A stretch of 32,937 bases of DNA from Atractiella rhizophila (Eukaryota). Position numbers and translations under genes: made by a program. Below are positions 20,651 through 32,937 of the stretch, in pieces; within the stretch, counting starts at the first letter, position 1, and each line of letters begins with the position of its first letter. The notes beneath the pieces are model-generated. The model did not search any database. It saw nothing but the letters and a program-made list of their open reading frames with translations, and was not told where the DNA came from. The stretch spans positions 102,568-135,504 of the forward strand of contig MU271225.1 in the NCBI GenBank assembly GCA_021432655.1. Direction: 5' to 3'.

Positions 20651-21217
20651 GGAAACAACAGCATCATATACGTTGCGTTCAAGCGACTTAACAGGAAAAC
20701 GCATTGGGTATTGATGTCGGAAGGTGCGATCATATTTCAAGTTTCGACTACCTATATCTTTATTTATTTATTTCAGAGACAGACACATTCCTTTTAATAG
20801 ACACTGGATTAGTCTAAATTATGTCCATGATGAATCATTAATCATTACTACATTTTGCATTCCATAATATTCGATGTCGACCACTTTTGTGTTTGCAGCC
20901 CGATGCGGCGCAAATCTCCGCGAAATTGAGCTCAAAACCCTTTTGAGCGCGAGGCCTAGGGCCGCCTGCGCAAACCCTCGGGGCGACCAGTTTGCCAAAG
21001 ATCTTACTTTCTCCCTCCTGCAGATTTCGAAGGCCGGCTAATCCACGGCTAATATCTAAGCCGACAATTGGTCCGTTCCGGCGGCCGGATTTCGACTGCG
21101 TTCTAGCGTTCTATCTGTCTCGAAGGCTTAAACTTCAGAATAAGCTCAATCGCAAAAGGCGACATCGAAGGAACTGTAACCTGTCTCCTCAACAACCCTG
21201 CAACAACAGCACCAGAT

Positions 21218-23708
21218 ATGCGCAAAAAGGGCCGCCCAACCCTGTCTCAGAAAGCCAAAGTCCTCAAACTTCAAGCCGGACGGCAAGCAAAACGAAAGGA
21301 GAGGCGGCAAGGAAGGCTCATGGAAGAGGAAGAGAGCCTTCAGTGTCGTGACGAAGAAGCTGGTGGGCATTCCTCCCAATCCATGTCGTTGGACCCACCA
21401 CGGTCACCTCCCAATCCGCGTCCAGTCATATCATCCTCTTCAAGTCTCCCATGTCCAAACCGTCCATCGCTGTCTCCAAATCTCTCAACAATCCGCTCTG
21501 CATCATCTCCGACGTTTCTGACAACATCTCCAAACCCGTCGCCTGCTGCACATGTCCCGCTACAACCCTTACTGTCCATTCCTGAACTTAGTGGCTTGCT
21601 CGTGACGGTTGAGGAAGATGAGCTTATGTTCTATGCTGAGATGATGGAACACAGATTACTGGAGGAGGTAGAAGCAGAGGAGATGGAGGGGGATGATGAC
21701 ATGCACAAAGAGGACGGTGATGTTGCGTATGGGGTTGAAGCGAAGTGTAGGGTATGGTGGAACAGGCAAGATACCGAAATCTACAGCCTTGGATGAGAAA
21801 CAGAGAGCAGAGGCATGGAAAAGACATGTTAATTCACTTCTCTTCCTCTGTTGTAATAATCAACAAATCAAACATGGTACAGAGCTGCTGAGAACACGAA
21901 ATCTCTTCATTCCTTTTTCCGGCCTGCCCTCCAACCAGCACTTTTTCCGCTCCCATCAGACTCTGCTCCCCCTCTCATCGCCACGGAAACCGCGCTCAAT
22001 GACAGCAACGCTACCTTCGATTCATTGCCTCCTCGTCTCTCCTCTCCCATCCTGCCGCCTGTTTGTCCTCCCTCTCCTGTTCTACCAGTGGACCTTGACA
22101 TATATGTTATTTCGGACTCCGATGGATCAGAAGCTGGAGGTGGATCGAAAAAGTCACAAGTTAGTTGTGTTGACGGCATGCCAGACAATGGTCCACCTCT
22201 CAAGAAGAAGCGCTTAAGTCGAGAGGAGAGTAAAGAAGGTAGGAAAACTAAACTTGCACGCTATGAAGAATCCGCAAAGATGCTGGCGATGCGACTGAAA
22301 TTCCACCAGTTTTTCAGTCCCCTTCAAGCTCGTCGTACCCGCGCATTAGAGTCGTATTTTTATCTTCTGCAAACGGGAAGGTATTCACGTGTGGTGGCTT
22401 CAGAAACAGCAGCTGCAGCGCATGGATTTGGCGCTACGTACGGTGGGTGGAGTGTCAGGACTTGGGGGAATCATTTCATGGACACTGCTGAGCTTCCTGC
22501 ATCAGCTTGAGGTTCGTCACGGCATATTCTTCCGTAGCTCTGCTTCATCAAGGCTTAGATAAATGTCAGGGTGTCATCCAAAAACATTTTCTTTGCAACA
22601 CCTGAAATCAGAGAAGAGTTGCGTGCTTGGATGAGGAGCCAGAAGTTTAGTATGGACCCTGCTAGAGTTATTGATTATTCACAGGCACATATGATACCTG
22701 CTGCAGTTGAGAAACATGCGAGGAATCAAGTTAAGAATAATCTTCCAGACAGGCTACGGAGTTACATCAACCTTACACTCTTTCCTCACATTGAGTGGAA
22801 GCCGTCGAAAGGTATTTCAAAGAGGACAGTCCGCCGATGGCTCAAAAAAGAAGGCTTCAAGTGGACACGGCACAAGAAAGGTTTGTATTATGAGTATGGT
22901 TTCGCTTTGTTGAAAAGGGATTGTTTTGATGAGATGGAAAGTGGGCATGAGCGGCCAGATGTTGTCAAGTACAGTCAAGAAGTTTTCATTCCAACATTCC
23001 TCTCCTTCCTTCTTCACATGTGCCAGTATTCTCTTGCAGACAACCCACAAGAAATCATCAAGCCGCTTCCACTAGGTGTCAATCCCGTTGTCCTGGTTGT
23101 CCATGATGAGACAACATGCACATCAAAAGATGGCAACTCGCATTCTTGGGTTCTGGAAGGTCAGGGAAAACTCAGGAAGAAGGGGCAAGGAAGGGGGGGG
23201 ATCCACCAATCTGATTTTCTCTGTTCCACCTTCGGTCATCTCGCAGAAGCTGGGGTACAGATTGAGTACGGGAAGAACCATGATGGATTTTGGACAGGTG
23301 AACAGATGTTAGACCAAGTATGTGCTTTATTTGCTCACTTCCGTGCACTGAAAGATCATCAAACAGGTCAAAACTAAGCTGATCCCGCTTTTTGAATGAC
23401 TGCATCCGGGACAGCAGATGTTGCTGTTACTTGATAATTCCCAAGGCCACAGCTTCTTTGCCAAAGATGCTTTGAGAGCAACTGAAATAAAACCTTGGGC
23501 CCAGTACGTGTTTTCTTAAAGTTCTTTGCAATAATAGCTTATCCAGCTCTCTGAGGGGGGCTCAGATAAAGCTTCGACCTGGGTGCTATGAGAAAGATGG
23601 TGTGTGGATTGTGCAGCCTATGGTGGATGCCAACGGGACTCCGAAAGGCTTATGGATTAATGGCCTAAGACGTTGCTGTAAAAGGGTCGGTGATCATTGT
23701 GATGATAA
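21218..23708 (+). pseudogene. Tc1/mariner (IS630-like) fungal DDE transposase, 3'-truncated
   Basis: HTH-like KGISKRTVRRWLKKEGF, KKGLYY/GHERPDVV, VVHDETT (D1), RKKGQGR, YGKNHDGFW, LLLDNSQGH (D2), KDAL, PKGL. Stops near 22508 and 23397. The final catalytic segment is not seen after ~23708. The low-complexity N-terminal exons from 21218 are assigned by collinearity. Confidence 0.85.
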
Positions 23709-24311
23709 CTACTCACCGCTGACGGACCACCTTATCACCACCCAATGAGTCAACGGACTCTTCCCTGGTGGCGCTGCGGTGCGATTCGTTTTTACATATA
23801 AGCTTAAGGATGAGGAAGGATAGTCGGGGCAGATTAGGAATTCGTTAACATTACTCCTGGCCCATCCAACCACGACCAACGTAGGAATCGATGAAGGTTC
23901 AAGAAACGAGACGGGAGAAATGAGCGAAGGGACGACTCGACAACCTCCTCCCCCTGCCTTCACGCTCCCTCCCGGAAAGCTCTTGAGTTCGTATTCTTCT
24001 GCATCCATTCAATCCAGTCTCCGATGGGGACACACAAATCAGGTGTATCTATTATGAGCACATATGCCCATGCAACAAAGTCAACAAACGTACGGCAACT
24101 TGAAGGTAACTATACTATATGGGGGAATACACATAAGGAAGCCAAACAGCCAAGGTAATCCGGCTCCATGAAGCAACAAGCTCAACATCACCGGAGTACG
24201 AAACTGAATATATTGATTCAATCGGCTCAAGAATCCTCCCCTAGAGATGTACGCACTTTTGTCGGTTGAAATTGTTGCGTAATATCAGAGATTATCCGGT
24301 TCACAAAACGT

Positions 24312-26600
24312 CATGAATACTTGATGATAGAGATCGAGAAAGGAAAGGAAGGGATGAACTTGGACCTTTGATTATAGTGTATATTTTGAAGTACAAGAAT
24401 CTTCAGGTAGGTAGTACATGTAGGGTAGTGATCCTGGAAAGGGATTGGAGGACCACTATCTGGCATCGGAGGGAACGAGCGATGACTTCTTGATGGCTGT
24501 TTCGCTGTGGGCAAGGCTACTTACCCTTGAGCGATGTACATGTTAAGGAGCAGATGGTCTCTAACCATCAAAAGCGATTAAAAGCTGAGTTCTCTCGAAG
24601 AACTGCGTAACATTCACCATGAAGGTATGTACCTATGTCTATTGTTGGGCCTGAAAGGATTGAGAAAGTCGGGAAGGTGATACTCTTGTTGGTACGATAG
24701 GAACAGGCATGTTAATGTCGAAGGGCGTAAAGAAGACCAGGGCTATAGTTTGTTTCTTAGCTTCTCGAATTATGAGACATTGAAGGTTTCTATGCAGCGT
24801 GACCTTCCTCCCGACCTACACAGAGGGAAGATTATGAGACAGGACGAGAGGTGCAAACATTCTGCCTCCACACATGTTAGCATTGTACCAACAATCGGTA
24901 TAATATTTCTACCAAGACACGTGGTACTAACATAAGGATTAGATTCGCTCAAAGCGATGGTCACAAACAACGATATTATCATCAACCTCAATATACTTAC
25001 CGCATTCGTTGAAGATGGTGTGCTACCACTTGACCATATCAATTGCCAGACCAGCAGAAGTGTTGCCAAACTAGCTACAAAGCATCTTCTCACAGCTGTA
25101 CTGTCTGCAGAATCCGACATCCACCTTCCAACCGATGCAGATGAAGATCACTACACCTCAGAAGACCTGCAGAACAATCCTGGGGGGGATACGCTTGGTC
25201 ATAACAGCCTTGGGGAAGAGACGCTGTTCCGCTTTAAGAGGTGGGAGAATGTGGGTTCTCGAAAGGCGATTGCAGAACTGTTGCAGGCCGTGCTAAGAGG
25301 TGCAAAGGTTGCACAATGGTTGTGCAAGAGATGGAAGCAGGCACACCCTGATTGCGTAGAGGTAAGCCTCTCCTCTTGGACTTTAGCTGTCTCGGAAGGT
25401 TAGCAGAGAGTGTGGTTGAAGCCTGGCTGGCGGGAAGTGGCAGCAATGCCCTGAATGTAAGGCTGTTTGCTAATCTCATGAGGCTTGCTGATTCAGGGGA
25501 AGGATGTGTGCTTGGCAAAAGATCTCAGGAACAGCATGGTGCGAGGGGAATATTCAGAGGCATTGCAAGCAAAGAATCTAGATGAAGGAACACCTACCAC
25601 TCCGAACAAGACAATCGAGGAGAAGGGTCTCCAAAGTGAAATACCATCCACTTCCGGTAATTACGATCTATCTCCTTCACACGACCACAGTGCGGACCAC
25701 ACCACTCTCGCTCCTGCTCAGCATGGCTTCTGGCCTGCCAATCAAGCCGCTCAGCCTGCACGAAACGATCACGATTTCCCTCCTCCTCCTCCTCCTCCTG
25801 CCAATCCCCACTTCTCTCCTCCTCAACTTGGCGCTGTTCACCATGGCACCTCCCCCCCTTGTGACATCACCACTCCGCAACATGTCAACCAAGATTTTCC
25901 TCCTTGTTCAGCCCCTCCTGTTGATCCTAGTCTCCTAGTCTCCAGCTTCCCAATTTGACCCACAATCACTCTGCTGGTACATCGCAACCTGTCCAGCCTA
26001 TTCCAGTGCTGGATATATGGCCAGCTCCACTCGTTCTTGTTCGAGGAAAGGAGGTGAATGAAGTCAGCACTAGCAAGAAAAAGAGAGGAAGAGCCAAGAA
26101 GAAAGTTAAAGACACTGAAGCCTCCCTGCCTCCGGAGGAAATTACAAAGCTGCATGAGGATGTGGAGAAGCTACGGCCTCTGTTGGACATGATGGATATG
26201 CCGTTGCAGATTGAAGAAGCCAAAAAGATGGCAAAGGACAATGGTTGGAAAGCGGAGCATTGGAAGAAAATGCTGCAGTATCAGGTAAGCCTAGCCTTTT
26301 GGCTAGCGATGTCTTATGGGATATTAGGCATACAATAAGGAGGTCGTCATAACAAAGTTCAATTTGATAGACAAAAAAGTCGTCGAGCTTCTTAGGTTCC
26401 TCAAGCTAGACCAAGAAAAGTGATGGCCAATGTGATTTGTAGACTGGAAGGCATGAAGGAAGCAGCCTTGTGATTGACCATGCAGTGATGACATCATGTC
26501 GATGATAGGAGAAGGAGTGAGGAGTAGATAATGGGCAGAGGAGGGAGATCTTAAGGACATGTGAGAGGAGACTTTGAAGGACCGGCGTCAAATCTGGTAC
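24312..26600 (+). pseudogene. Degraded multi-exon gene of unknown function (Pro-rich linker, basic NLS-like stretch)
   Basis: Consecutive + strand ORFs 24957-25403, 25485-25958 and 25955-26338 with GTAAGC donors (~25362, ~26285), poly-Pro, KKKRGRAKKK and several stops. Boundaries are approximate. Confidence 0.5.
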
Positions 26601-27202
26601 TCAAGACTGTAGTGTACAGAGAAAAATGCATTGCAATTGAAAGCAGAGGTTGCCGTATATCTAAGTAGACACTGGAAGCGACTAGAACCACACTTGCCAG
26701 TCAATGAATCCAAGCACTAAAGCAACACTGACGAGGCATCACAGAGGCACTAATATCAAGCACTACCACAACATTGACAAGGCACGAACTGTACACAAAA
26801 AGCACTAGAAATTCGATTTCTACAAAAGCACCAGCTTGTCACTGAAAGCACCGAAGGCACTACTGGTCGACTGCTGCGGAGCCAAAAGTCGACACTGGAA
26901 AAATCAAACCCTGCACTATTTTTGGGTGGTCGTGCACCGTTTGTGCCTCGAGCGACTACAGCAGCACCAGGTCGGCCCTGCAAGGTTCCAGGGGTTGAAT
27001 CTTGGTCGTTGGCTGGTCCTGAGTGATTTGAATCCCAAGGGTTTGGATTTGGGAGTTCAGAACCAGGGAACGACATGTTTGAGTTTGTTCTTCTATCAGG
27101 GCGGATGCTGAGACGTGGGTGGACGCGATGTGGAGTAGCGTACGACAACGTAAATCGACGATTCGTCGAAATCACGTGACGTGTGTAAATCGTCGATTCA
27201 GT

Positions 27203-27900
27203 GACCGCGCACGTCCATCTCCCTCCACTGAATACCAGGACACAGCAACATCAAAGGCAACGAGCTAGCGGACGCAGCAGCTAACAGCGCAACGGATCCA
27301 GAAACTGCAACAGGCCACATCGTCATCCCGAGAAGCCCAGCCACACTCAAAGCGATCATCACAACAAATCGATTCACTCCCAAAGAGGCCTCTTCCCCCC
27401 CATCCGGCAAGCACCACCATTCTCTATCCCGTCGACTCTCCCCGGATCAAACCTTCGACATGCTGAAGGAAATGCCACGCGCCCAAGCATCAATCTTCGT
27501 CCAGCTACGCTCAGGCCACACCTCCATCAACAATTACCTCCACCGTATTGGGGCATCAGAAGAACCGTCATGCAACTTTTGCGGAATGAGGGACACAGTC
27601 ACCCACCTTTTTTTCGAATGTGAGGAACACGAGGACGAAAGGAAGAAACTTAGGAGCAGGCTGAGGAAGAAGGACATCAAATTCAGGTCTCTTAGCGACC
27701 TCCTAAGTGAACCTGAGGCTATGCAAGCAGTGTGGGAATTCATCAGGAAGAGCGGGAAGTTCAGCTTATGGATCAAAAGGGCTCAAAGGGTGTTGGATAG
27801 GAGGAAAGAAGAGAGGGAAAAGAGGGCGGAAAGTAGAGGGGAAGAGCAAGAGGAAAGAGAGGAGTGGGAAGACTAGGAAAACAAGTTATGTCTAATCTCA
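27203..27900 (+). mobile_element. 5'-truncated Tad1-like LINE (RNase H C-terminus plus CCHC finger)
   Basis: ISLH*IPGHSNIKGNELADAAA (RNase H WIPGH..GNE.AD with TGG>TGA at 27229), then QLRSGHTSINNYLHRIG...CNFCG...TVTHLFFEC. ORF ends at 27876. The 3' tail and TSD were not located. Confidence 0.9.
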
Positions 27901-28411
27901 CTCTCTACCTATCTAAGGCACCTTCTGCAGGATCCTACCATACCAGGAAAACCAACGGCCTTGAAAACTAGAGTCGGTTATACTTGAGGAGGACTCCATT
28001 ACATCGTCACCCCATTTCGAAAACTACAACCATTCACACCATAGCCATCGCGATTTAGTAACCCCCCATCCGCTTCTTACTCTCATCGACAACATTACTT
28101 TTCAAGGGGAATTCAGGGGGCTTCTTTTTACTTTCAACTTACACACAATTAGCTGATTCATTCCTCCCGGCACACTGTCATCGTCCAGTTTGTTTCTGTT
28201 GATTCCAAGGGTCGAAAGGAATTAAATTACAATGAAGTTATAATGGGCTTTTTATACCTTAAGGAACTTGGCAAAATGAGAGAAACGGCAAAGGGGAAAG
28301 AAAACTAGAGCCACAAATGACAGTGGTACGAATGCAGCTTAAAACAGTGCCAAACTCTGACAGTTTCGGCTATATACTTCAATTTCTGTAACTGTGACTT
28401 CCCCCAAATGT

Positions 28412-28468
28412 AGAGCTACGTTGACTATAGTCTGAAAGCTCTGAAATATGATCACAACAACAACAACA
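28412..28468. repeat. ~55-bp dispersed repeat with dyad symmetry, copy 1
   Basis: AGAGCTACGTTGACTATAGTCTGAAAGCTCTGAAATATGATCACAA, matching 32596-32650. Confidence 0.8.
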
Positions 28469-28969
28469 ACCGCGCACGTCACGTACTGCAAGGACAATGC
28501 TGAGCGGAAATCCTGAGAGAACAAACTGGGTCTCTCAGGGGCATTGTCCTCGCCTATATACATAAACGGCTGTACAGCCACAAACCATAACTCTAACTGT
28601 TGTTTTCCTCTGCTGCTTTGTTAACCTCAAACAAATGTATTACGTTTGGCTGAGCTCTTGCAAACGCATGAGCAGCAGAAATACAAGAACAGGTGTTTAT
28701 ATACATGAGAGCTTGTGGCAAATAGAAAGTTCCAGAATGTTCATGAACAAAGTATTACTAACATTTTACACATCTCCACACTAACTTTAAGATAGGACGT
28801 CCTTTCTCTTTCCGCTCGTGCTGACATTGTGCTGTTTGGATTTTAGTTAGAGTTGCGCATCCTTTGGGGGAACCATTCCTTTCAGAGTTAGGAGACATTG
28901 TCCTTAATTATGTGAGTATTTCCTGATTTATTTCCTGATTTGAGCTTCCCTCATCGTTTACCATTGATC

Positions 28970-30708
28970 AGGACGCTTCTCCCACGAAAGATGACCCCCG
29001 CTCGGCCATTCCTGAGCTTTCGCAACGCTCCTCGAGCTCCCACCATCTTCGTACCTCACCAGCAGTCCCTACGATCCCTACGTCGGCAACAAACCTTCGT
29101 TTCACTGCCAGACCAGTGGCTCAACAGCCAGGCAGGAGCAAGAGCAAGAAGGCTTTCGCATTCGAGCCGACTCAAGCAGCCACACAACATGTGGGTCGAA
29201 CACCACCAGCGTCAGCGCCAGACTCCCCTGTGTCAACGGCTAGGTTGCATGCTGCTCCGAAGCCCTCTGGGTTCGCAGAGTCATCAGTGCAACGGGCTTC
29301 ACATGTTATGAACACCTTACTGGCTCCATCGACAGATGCCGTAAGCGTTTGTTTGTCCCTTCATATAACAACTTATAGTCCAGTAGATTTTACACGGGGA
29401 GACCGGATCCCAATGACTTTGACGGCAATCTCCAACACCGCCTTGCATATGCCGTAAGTACTCAGCTTAAATAAATGTACTCTGTTCTCAGCTTTGTGAC
29501 AGCAGACACCACTTCCTGACGAGCCCGATTCCAAGCCGGACGTCAAACCTGCCGTTGGACCGAAGGGCACAGGTTCTCGCAATCGGTTTACAAGTAACAG
29601 TTCGTCATTATTCCTATCTGTCATTGCGCTGAAGGTCTAAGCTACTGATATAGATTTCACTGGGGAGTCCGTGCAAGCTGTCGACCTTGCGACCAGGCTT
29701 TTCCTCAGGCATCACATACTCATCTCAACGGATCCATTCATCACAAGGCAGAGTGGAGAAGAGCGTATAAAGGCGGAATTTGCGAATCACAACTCAACAC
29801 CGCTGTCAAAACCAGTGTTGGCAATGGTCAGTAGTTTTCTCCTCTGTGTGGCTAGACTATTGCGTAACTATTTTCTTTCGCAACTGTCAAGCTACTGTGG
29901 CGAATTCCTTGGAACGGCGAAGACGGCATTGTGAGTCAAATGGAAGATTCCCATCGACAAAATCACCAGAGCTGAAGCGGAACATCTTCTCGAAGTAATT
30001 GCATTCTGATCAACCTGGTAGCCATTTGCAGATGCCAACTACGAAGATCGGGATTCATACAATGCTTCTCAGGATGAAGAAGGGGGTGAAGACCATCTTG
30101 TACGTGTCTTTCTCCTACAAACTTAGCTGATACTGCTGCACAGAATCCACAGCAACAATGACTAAGCGATCATTGGTTGTCTTGCCTTCGCGACCAACTG
30201 TTCCTGTCTCCCTCAAGTGCTTGGTATAAAGCAGCTCAAGTTTTACCAAATTTTCGTCAAGGGACAATTCCTGCAAGTACTCTTGCTTTCATGGCTTGTG
30301 CCGTCTGTTTTCAATTTGTCTTTGAACCTCTTTTGATTCTTCGGCTACAGATTCAGCATGCCTTCTCACTCTCACATCTCCACTGTGAGGCGGTCATCTC
30401 CGGAACCAAGCCTCCGAAATTGAACTTTGATCGAGCGAACACATTGTCGATGTACGATACATTCCTTGAAGACTTTACAGTGATGGGTGGCTCAGATGCT
30501 GAAGGAGGTAACCGGAGCCTGTTATTTGAAATCAACAGAAAAGCAGGGCAGTCTGTTTGATTCACATGCACCGTCAATGCCGAATTGTCCTACAGGTGGA
30601 TTTGCTTTGCCGGCTCCCACTGACCCAACATCAACGGTCCTGATACGGCGTCCTCCATCACACTTGCCTCCCCGATTCAAGAAGATTGTCAGGAAAGATG
30701 GTGTGTAG
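28970..30708 (+). pseudogene. Multi-exon pseudogene with DUF6532-like C-terminus
   Basis: Donors at ~29341, ~29454, ~29594, ~29827 and ~30100. A disordered N-terminus is followed by TIPASTLAFMACA/IQHAF...LNFDRANTLSMYDTFLEDF, which resembles the recalled DUF6532 pattern. In-frame stops at ~29930-30020. Confidence 0.55.
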
Positions 30709-31149
30709 TATTAATAATTGGATTTGATATCTGTCTCGGTTTCCAGTATGATCTTAGCCGCTTTAATGATATTGCAATTGATTGTCTTTATTCTCCCTAT
30801 CTTTTCCGACCCCCTCCAAAGGTTTTGACAGGAATGAGACCATTTGAAAGGCATCAAAAGATATACCAATAGCAAGCAATGGAGACCTATCCATTGGGAG
30901 GTTATAGTTGTCAGGATCGCTCCAAAAATCGCCTATTCGCTCTCAAATCGCCGATTATCCGCAGCATATGATTCATATGCAAAATCGGCGATCGTATTTG
31001 GTCAAGGGTGCTCATGGTGCAGTAGTAAGTTGCTAACTTTTTGCCTATTAGGAGTCATGGGTTCAATTCACACTTGGGTCACTTTATTTTTGCATGTCTG
31101 TTCGTCTCTTTTCTCCTACATATCACGTGACATTTCGGACAAATGGACC

Positions 31150-31610
31150 CACCTCGTTTTGCGAGCGGCGTTTGCGCCATTCCGTCTAGTGTTGCGTCGA
31201 GGCGGCGGCGGATCCTCATCGTCGTCATCGTCGCGCTCGGTCATTCCTCCGCTTCGTAGTCGTCGTCGTCCGCTGCGCCATCGTTCTTAACCACACATCC
31301 TCCTTCGCCGTTGCAACTTCCTTGTGCTCTCGAACGCTTCGATCAGCGTCCGAAACGAGATGCGGAGTTAGCAGTGAGGGGTAGGGTCAGCGTGGGAGAG
31401 TCGCCATCGTCCCCATCGAGTGAGCCTGTAATGAAATGCGATGCATCCACTCAGTAAATATATATAATATTACCTTAAGCTGAAAGAACTTACGGGAACT
31501 GCCACGCAGATCGTACGTATCCATCCGAGACTGCTGCTGTCGATGGGCGGCAGCAACGTTGGAAACGTGGTGGACTGAAGGTGGACGTTGATGTTGTCAG
31601 CGCGCATGGT
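31150..31610 (-). pseudogene. Spliced gene fragment, unknown
   Basis: Canonical minus-strand intron 31493-31426 (GTAAGT...CTGAG...TACAG) between GC-rich coding-like exons ending ...ERDDDDDEDPPPPRRNTRR. No clean full ORF. Confidence 0.4.
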
Positions 31611-32595
31611 GAGGAGGGCGGGAGAAGCCTACCTTTAGACGGTCGTCGAAGAAAGAAGGTGTTCTCGTCCCATTAGTTGTCAACTACAGTGTTTTGTTCG
31701 TGTTGTAGTGATTCTTTTTTCTTTCGGACATCTCCTGGGGTAAAGTCCATAACTACATATAAAATAAAGAATCATGAAAAGACCTACGAGGTTTTGTGCG
31801 CCTCTCTCCCACGGTGCCGTCGACATATTTCTGACCTGTTTACGGTGATAGCTTCAGTTCAGGATAGTTTGAAAATATAATAAATGAATTTACTACCATA
31901 CCCGTTCGCCGCTGCGATTTCAGCCGGTGCACGCCTTTCATAAGCCTTCTGAGAAGCCCCCGCAACACCTGTGCACAACACCAACTCACAACGCATTCTA
32001 AACAGCATAAATCAAAACACAAACCTTCCTTTCCACTCCTTTTCTTCAAACCGGCAGCTTCCTGCAGCCGATGCTTTTTCCCAGCAGATTGTCAAGTTTG
32101 GAAGAAAGAATTAGAAACAGGCCCACCTTCACTTTGCTGATGGAGATTTCTTTACACCTTGATCTAAGTTCGTATGCGTTAGATCTTTGCTCTTAAAGCA
32201 ATGTATTATCTTGTTGAAGTTATTATGTTTCCGACTTTCACTTTCTTTTTCGTTCGCTTGAGTTGGCTATCGCATCCTGTATCAGTTCCGCCCGCCGTAG
32301 TGTAGTCTGTTTTCAGCTACCTGAGGGCCATGTAGATATCTTTTCTTTTGTTCTGTCACTCTGATGAACCTCAGGTTCAACATATCTCTGTTTTCATTTC
32401 AATTTGAAGCCTTGCTCTTACATTGAGGTTTTGTCCGATCTTGATTTTGATTTATTGGTTTATATGCCCCTCCCCCCCTTTAGCCATCGCGACGTCAGTC
32501 ATCCCTTCATCGCAATTACGCTATTGGGTACTGCATTTGGTTTCGTTAGGGGAAGTGATGTTGACTTTTGGTGATGTAGTTTACATTGGGTTCCC

Positions 32596-32650
32596 AGAGC
32601 TACGTTGACTACAGTCTGACAGCTCTTTAATATGACTACAAGGACAATAA
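32596..32650. repeat. ~55-bp dispersed repeat, copy 2
   Basis: AGAGCTACGTTGACTACAGTCTGACAGCTCTTTAATATGACTACAA, same orientation as 28412-28468. Confidence 0.8.
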
Positions 32651-32937
32651 CAAAAGACTTATAACAAAACGGAATGTACTTTTCTGCTTGGAGTGGTGCC
32701 TTTCTGCGTTCAAATAAGACATGAAAGGGGAGGAAAACATATTTGTTTGCGCGCATATCAACTTCACAGCATCTGAGGCGTCATTTCGCCGCCTATCCAA
32801 CCATCAGCTCCGCTCCTAAGTGTAGACAACAAACGATTTACCCTCGCTCTCTCTGTGCATATCTATCAGAATTTCGGCTGTTCTCTTGACGATGTCTCCA
32901 TCGGGCAAAGAAGCTGTATTGGCAGGGTCGAGGAAGA

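Noticed and set aside
20074..20880. Small-RNA gene target next to the Dada-like element
   Set aside because: No recognisable tRNA cloverleaf, 5S, U1 or U6 signature by eye at either flank.
20780..24300. TIRs and TA target duplication for the Tc1/mariner-like element
   Set aside because: No matching inverted pair found. The element is 3'-truncated.
1..32937. Species-level assignment
   Set aside because: Intron style and TE/F-box content suggest a basidiomycete, possibly Pucciniomycotina, but there is no marker gene here to support a species call.

Overview
Eukaryotic, intron-rich sequence that looks fungal and probably basidiomycete (short GT-AG introns with CTAA/CTGA branch sites). It is a transposon graveyard with one clearly intact host-type gene, an intronless F-box gene (8146-9297, minus strand). 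Left to right: a hAT element with a zf-BED/DDE/dimerisation transposase and an intact right end (TIR ends at 3744); a second, 5'-truncated DUF659-type hAT on the minus strand; four decayed copies of a mosaic repeat carrying a Hsp104/ClpB N-terminal relic; a 25-N gap; a Dada-like (DUF6729-type) DDE transposase pseudogene; a truncated Tc1/mariner-type transposase; an unknown spliced pseudogene; a 5'-truncated Tad1-like LINE; and a DUF6532-like pseudogene. The most striking observation is that the 2995-bp block right after the gap (14228-17222) is written backwards: reversed but NOT complemented. Read right-to-left it is a paralogue of ~12515-13600, it shows canonical introns, and it supplies the missing 5' half of the Dada-like transposase, which joins in frame to position 17223. 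The six-frame ORF track cannot see this. It is most likely a gap-filling artefact and needs checking against raw reads. Family assignments come from recalled motifs, not from database searches.
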